From contig OZ241828.1 in the NCBI GenBank assembly GCA_965202585.1, forward strand, positions 70,928,001 to 70,992,000: 64,000 nucleotides of DNA, written 5' to 3'. Numbering within the stretch: the stretch's first letter is position 1; each line of letters opens with the position of its first letter. Both the position numbers and the translations under genes were made by a program. Positions 60,701 to 64,000 of the stretch are shown one piece after another. The notes under the pieces were generated by a model. That model did no database searches. It worked only from the letters and a program-made list of their open reading frames with translations, and was not told the DNA's origin. Origin of the DNA: Thalia democratica (Eukaryota).

Positions 60701-61030
60701 AAGTTTAGCAGTATGCATTTGAGTGGACTTTTCGAGTAAGTATTAGTTGGAATTAATTCAAGATTTGTTTCCCCTCAGTTATAGCCCAATAAATTTTGAT
60801 ATCTTTTGCATCAACACTGCCATTAATAACTTATACTTATCGTTTGGGTTATGAATGTCGTTAACTTTACATGACTCTTAAAAAAATTGAGCTCGTCTCT
60901 TGGTACATTTGTTTCGTCCTTTTTCAAGTTGTTCTTAAGCTCAGCACTTTTCTGATTCATGTAATGCTTGTGAGAGTGAACTTGCCTATAAGTTGGTGGA
61001 CATTCTTTATAAAGTGTAGCTGTATTTTGG
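57769..61030 (-). mobile_element. Degraded Ty3/Gypsy LTR retrotransposon (gag-PR-RT-RH-IN remnants)
   Basis: RT fragment VPKKNKSIRVCVGYTRLNKCTRPSYPLPRIDKL...FSTIDLKKAYY (59572-59832). RNase H LTTDASDKACG near 59050. Integrase zinc region HHQVLYLG...WWPSLKENV near 58750-58850. Integrase core IDLVGP...YVLTTKDRGTGF (58443-58634). IN follows RT-RH, which is the Gypsy order. Many stops and frameshifts; no LTR pair found, so boundaries are approximate. Confidence 0.85.
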
Positions 61031-62250
61031 GCTAAACAGACCTTTATTGTTTTTTTTTATGTTTTTTAAAACATTATACTAGTGTTTTTGAATATACACA
61101 AATATTATAAGCATGACAAATATCTTTATAGATATATATTTATTTAAAACAAAACTTTATATAGTTATATGAAATGTGTAAATTTTAAAGGTGCAAATAG
61201 ACTTAAACAAGTCGTGGGTTTAAAATAGATTACATAATTACATAAATATTTACATTAAAACATATTTATTAAGTAAATGCTCAAGACTACTAATATATTC
61301 AAATAAGTATGTTTTGATTTTTTGATAAATGTTTATGTGTTTAGGGATTTTGCCTACATTTTAAAACTTAAGTGGCTTTTAGGTTTTTGTAGATTTAAAA
61401 ACTACTTTTTCTTAGTAAAAACTTGTTTAATGCTAATGACATTTTTATATTTTTAAGAATGAGTGCTACTGTTGCTTTAGAAGAACATTTTCCTACTTAT
61501 TTCTTATTTAATCTACTAAAACTGATTGAAATTTGCTAAAAAAAACTTAGACAAGTTGTTTTAGTAAACAAGCATAAACTATTAATAGGCATATGTAAAA
61601 CTAAACTTGTTGTAATATAATGATTTTTTTTTAATTAGCAAATGTATCACTTCCATCAAAAGAAAACAAAAGTACCTTTTTTTCTTTTTTCCATATATAT
61701 ATTAGTAATAAAAAAAAAGTTAAATTTGTACAACAGTGGTCTTTGTACAGATGCTTTTTGACTTAGACGACAATGTTATAAAAGCTCGATCAGTGATTAA
61801 TATAACAAATGTTTTGTATAATATAATAATTTATATAATATAACAAATTGTTAAATTAAATTTGTAGGTAGAAAAAAAAAATTTAGGGAATATGAAACAT
61901 TGGTATTTAAAATAAAATTAAATATTCATGTTTTGTGTATCCTTTTTTGAATGTATTCCTTGAATACAATAAAAAAGATGAAAACAACCAGCATAATTAT
62001 CTGATTTTTTTATGTATTGTACGTACATGAATAAAATTTTTGTAGACTACTATTGCTGATACAAGGACTTAAAGTTAAGTAGAATTTCTACAGGGGCTAA
62101 AAATAAAAATTATTCTATTTTTGAAAAAAACTCAAAACGAAAAAAAGCTAAAACGCATTTATTTGGTTATAAATAAACAACTAAAAGTTAAATATTTAAA
62201 CGGTAATGATTCTCGTTTTTCCTTGTGAACTAATACTCATTCGGAAGTTT

Positions 62251-63244
62251 TTAGAATGAGTGTCTACAATTAGGACATGTTTTATGACTAGAGAACCATC
62301 CTTCAATGCAAACTTGACAAAATACATGTCGACCACCGCAATCGAGACGCATCAATCTTTTTCCAACTTCAAAGTCTTCCATGCACACAGTACATTGCTC
62401 ACCAACGAGTGAATCATCAGCTTCGAAATGTTCAAATTGTTGGATTCTTTCAGGGGAAAGACCTTGTTGCAAGTCAAATCTTTTATCACTTATTTGATGA
62501 TAAATTTCAGCAAATTGATTTGAGAACTCATCTAATACCGACTTAATTCTTCTCATAATCATAAGACATTTTGTGTTTCGGTTATCAAATCTAATTTTCA
62601 TTATGTTTCTGAAATAAGTATCTGATTGACCATTAAGAATTTCTTCAAATATTTCCAACTGATCTGCGTTTGTTATACTTGGAAGTTCGTTTTGTTTAGT
62701 CCGGTAATAACTTCGTATTTCTTCTATTAATTTATCAAGGTCGTCTATCTGTTAAGGAGATGTTAAGAAAGAATATTTGAATGTATATATGCTTATGACT
62801 GAATTAAAAAAAAGAAAGAATGTTTAGCTTGTAAATTGTTTTATTAAAAAACCCTTTATAACTAAGCTATTTATAAAATTCATTATTGAATTAAATTTAT
62901 AAAAAAATTATCTGTATAACGTTAAAAATATCAAACTTTAGGTCTCCACAACAACTAAGAAATTAATAATCATTTATAATTTATAATAAAAAAAAAACGG
63001 TTTTTAAGCAAAGCTATAACAACATCTTTAAAATACAGCAACAAAAACACTAAAATTAATAACAAACGCTAAACATGAACCCATAATAACAACTTGAAAA
63101 TAAAAATTAAATAAGTTAAATATTTTGTTAATTATTTGTAGTTAATAGTTTTGTTCAGTCTGCTGAATATTTTTATTAAAAAAAAACAAAGCTTACCAGT
63201 GCATGATTCATAGACTCTCTATCATTAGATTTTTGGCTTTCCAT
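62251..63244 (-). CDS. RING-finger E3 ubiquitin ligase-like protein (2 coding exons, 181 aa)
   Basis: Exon 63244-63197 (MESQKSNDRESMNHAL, donor GTAAGC) and exon 62748-62251 (acceptor TAACAG, phase 0). C-terminal CTVC...CGGRHVFCQVC...CPNC, preceded by GLSPERIQQF as in RNF126/Praja-like proteins. Confidence 0.85.
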
Positions 63245-64000
63245 TTTTATGTGTTTTGTATAATAAAATTTCTGAGTAACATTTTTTTAAGACATTAACG
63301 TTGGTCAAATAAGAAAACTTTGTTATCTACATTATTAAATCATCCTTATAATTAGCTGTTCTTTATTTAAACTATATTTTTGTTTTAAATCTATAGTGTA
63401 GGTCGTCAAGCTGATTAGAACTTGTGCACCCTAATTTGAAAAATTTATGTACAGTGTTAAGAGTTGAAAAAAACTTTTAAACACATTTAATTGTTTTTAT
63501 GAGAACATAACGGAAATTTATGTACCTATAGTTTGTAAAAACAACTTATTTTACATGTAAATACTTAATAAATTAAATTTAGAACCTATAAAATAACTAA
63601 ACAGTTAATCCTGTGTCCATTCTAAAAAACTTTTTGTTTTATATAACTTATTTTGTAAACAGTATTTTACTTATACCACTCAGGTCTTAAGCACTTATTA
63701 AACAACATTACCCAGAACCCCTACCGAAATTTGATTCTTCTTATATCCACTATAAAATAATAAATATTTAGGTAAGTTAATTTTAAGAACTTTCGTTCAG
63801 TGATTATTATCTGAGAAAAATAAGATACTTACACATAAAATAACAAAAAGAAAAGAAACAACACAAAAAATATTAAAGACATTTAAAAAAGCAGCATCCC
63901 TTTTTTATTTCTGGTTAGTGCTTGAATTCTTCTTGTTGCTGAGTTGATGCTAACATTTCCAAAATGTAAGGTGTAAGAAATTTTGCTTATTGAAGTATCA

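Noticed and set aside
63900-63965. Slightly GC-elevated patch at the window end
   Set aside because: Only short open frames and no clear splice sites; cannot be assigned.

Overview
This is very AT-rich, intron-rich animal genomic DNA, probably from an invertebrate; the species cannot be determined from the sequence. I saw no rRNA, intact tRNA or CRISPR array. All gene models were hand-built from GT-AG sites and phase continuity. (1) A cluster of three paralogous Ser/Lys-rich genes of unknown function: 122-2190 (-), 8099-9139 (-) and 15954-18743 (+). Two of them end in a conserved C-terminal domain split over a 63-nt micro-exon and a last exon, which the ORF track misses. (2) A roughly 1-kb element bounded by direct repeats that start at the cleavage site of an intact type I hammerhead ribozyme (core at 20171-20201); it resembles a retrozyme or Penelope derivative. 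(3) A complete 30-exon TRPA1-like channel gene (23510-50927, -, about 1340 aa, about 16 ankyrin repeats plus 6 TM segments). At least 8 of its exons are flanked by decaying intronic 'echoes' of their own ends, each including a splice site. One intron also holds a back-to-back inverted pair of hammerhead-like cores. (4) A degraded Ty3/Gypsy element (about 57.8-61.0 kb, -). (5) A two-exon RING-variant E3 ligase gene (62251-63244, -). Several MITE or foldback elements and tandem repeats are also present.
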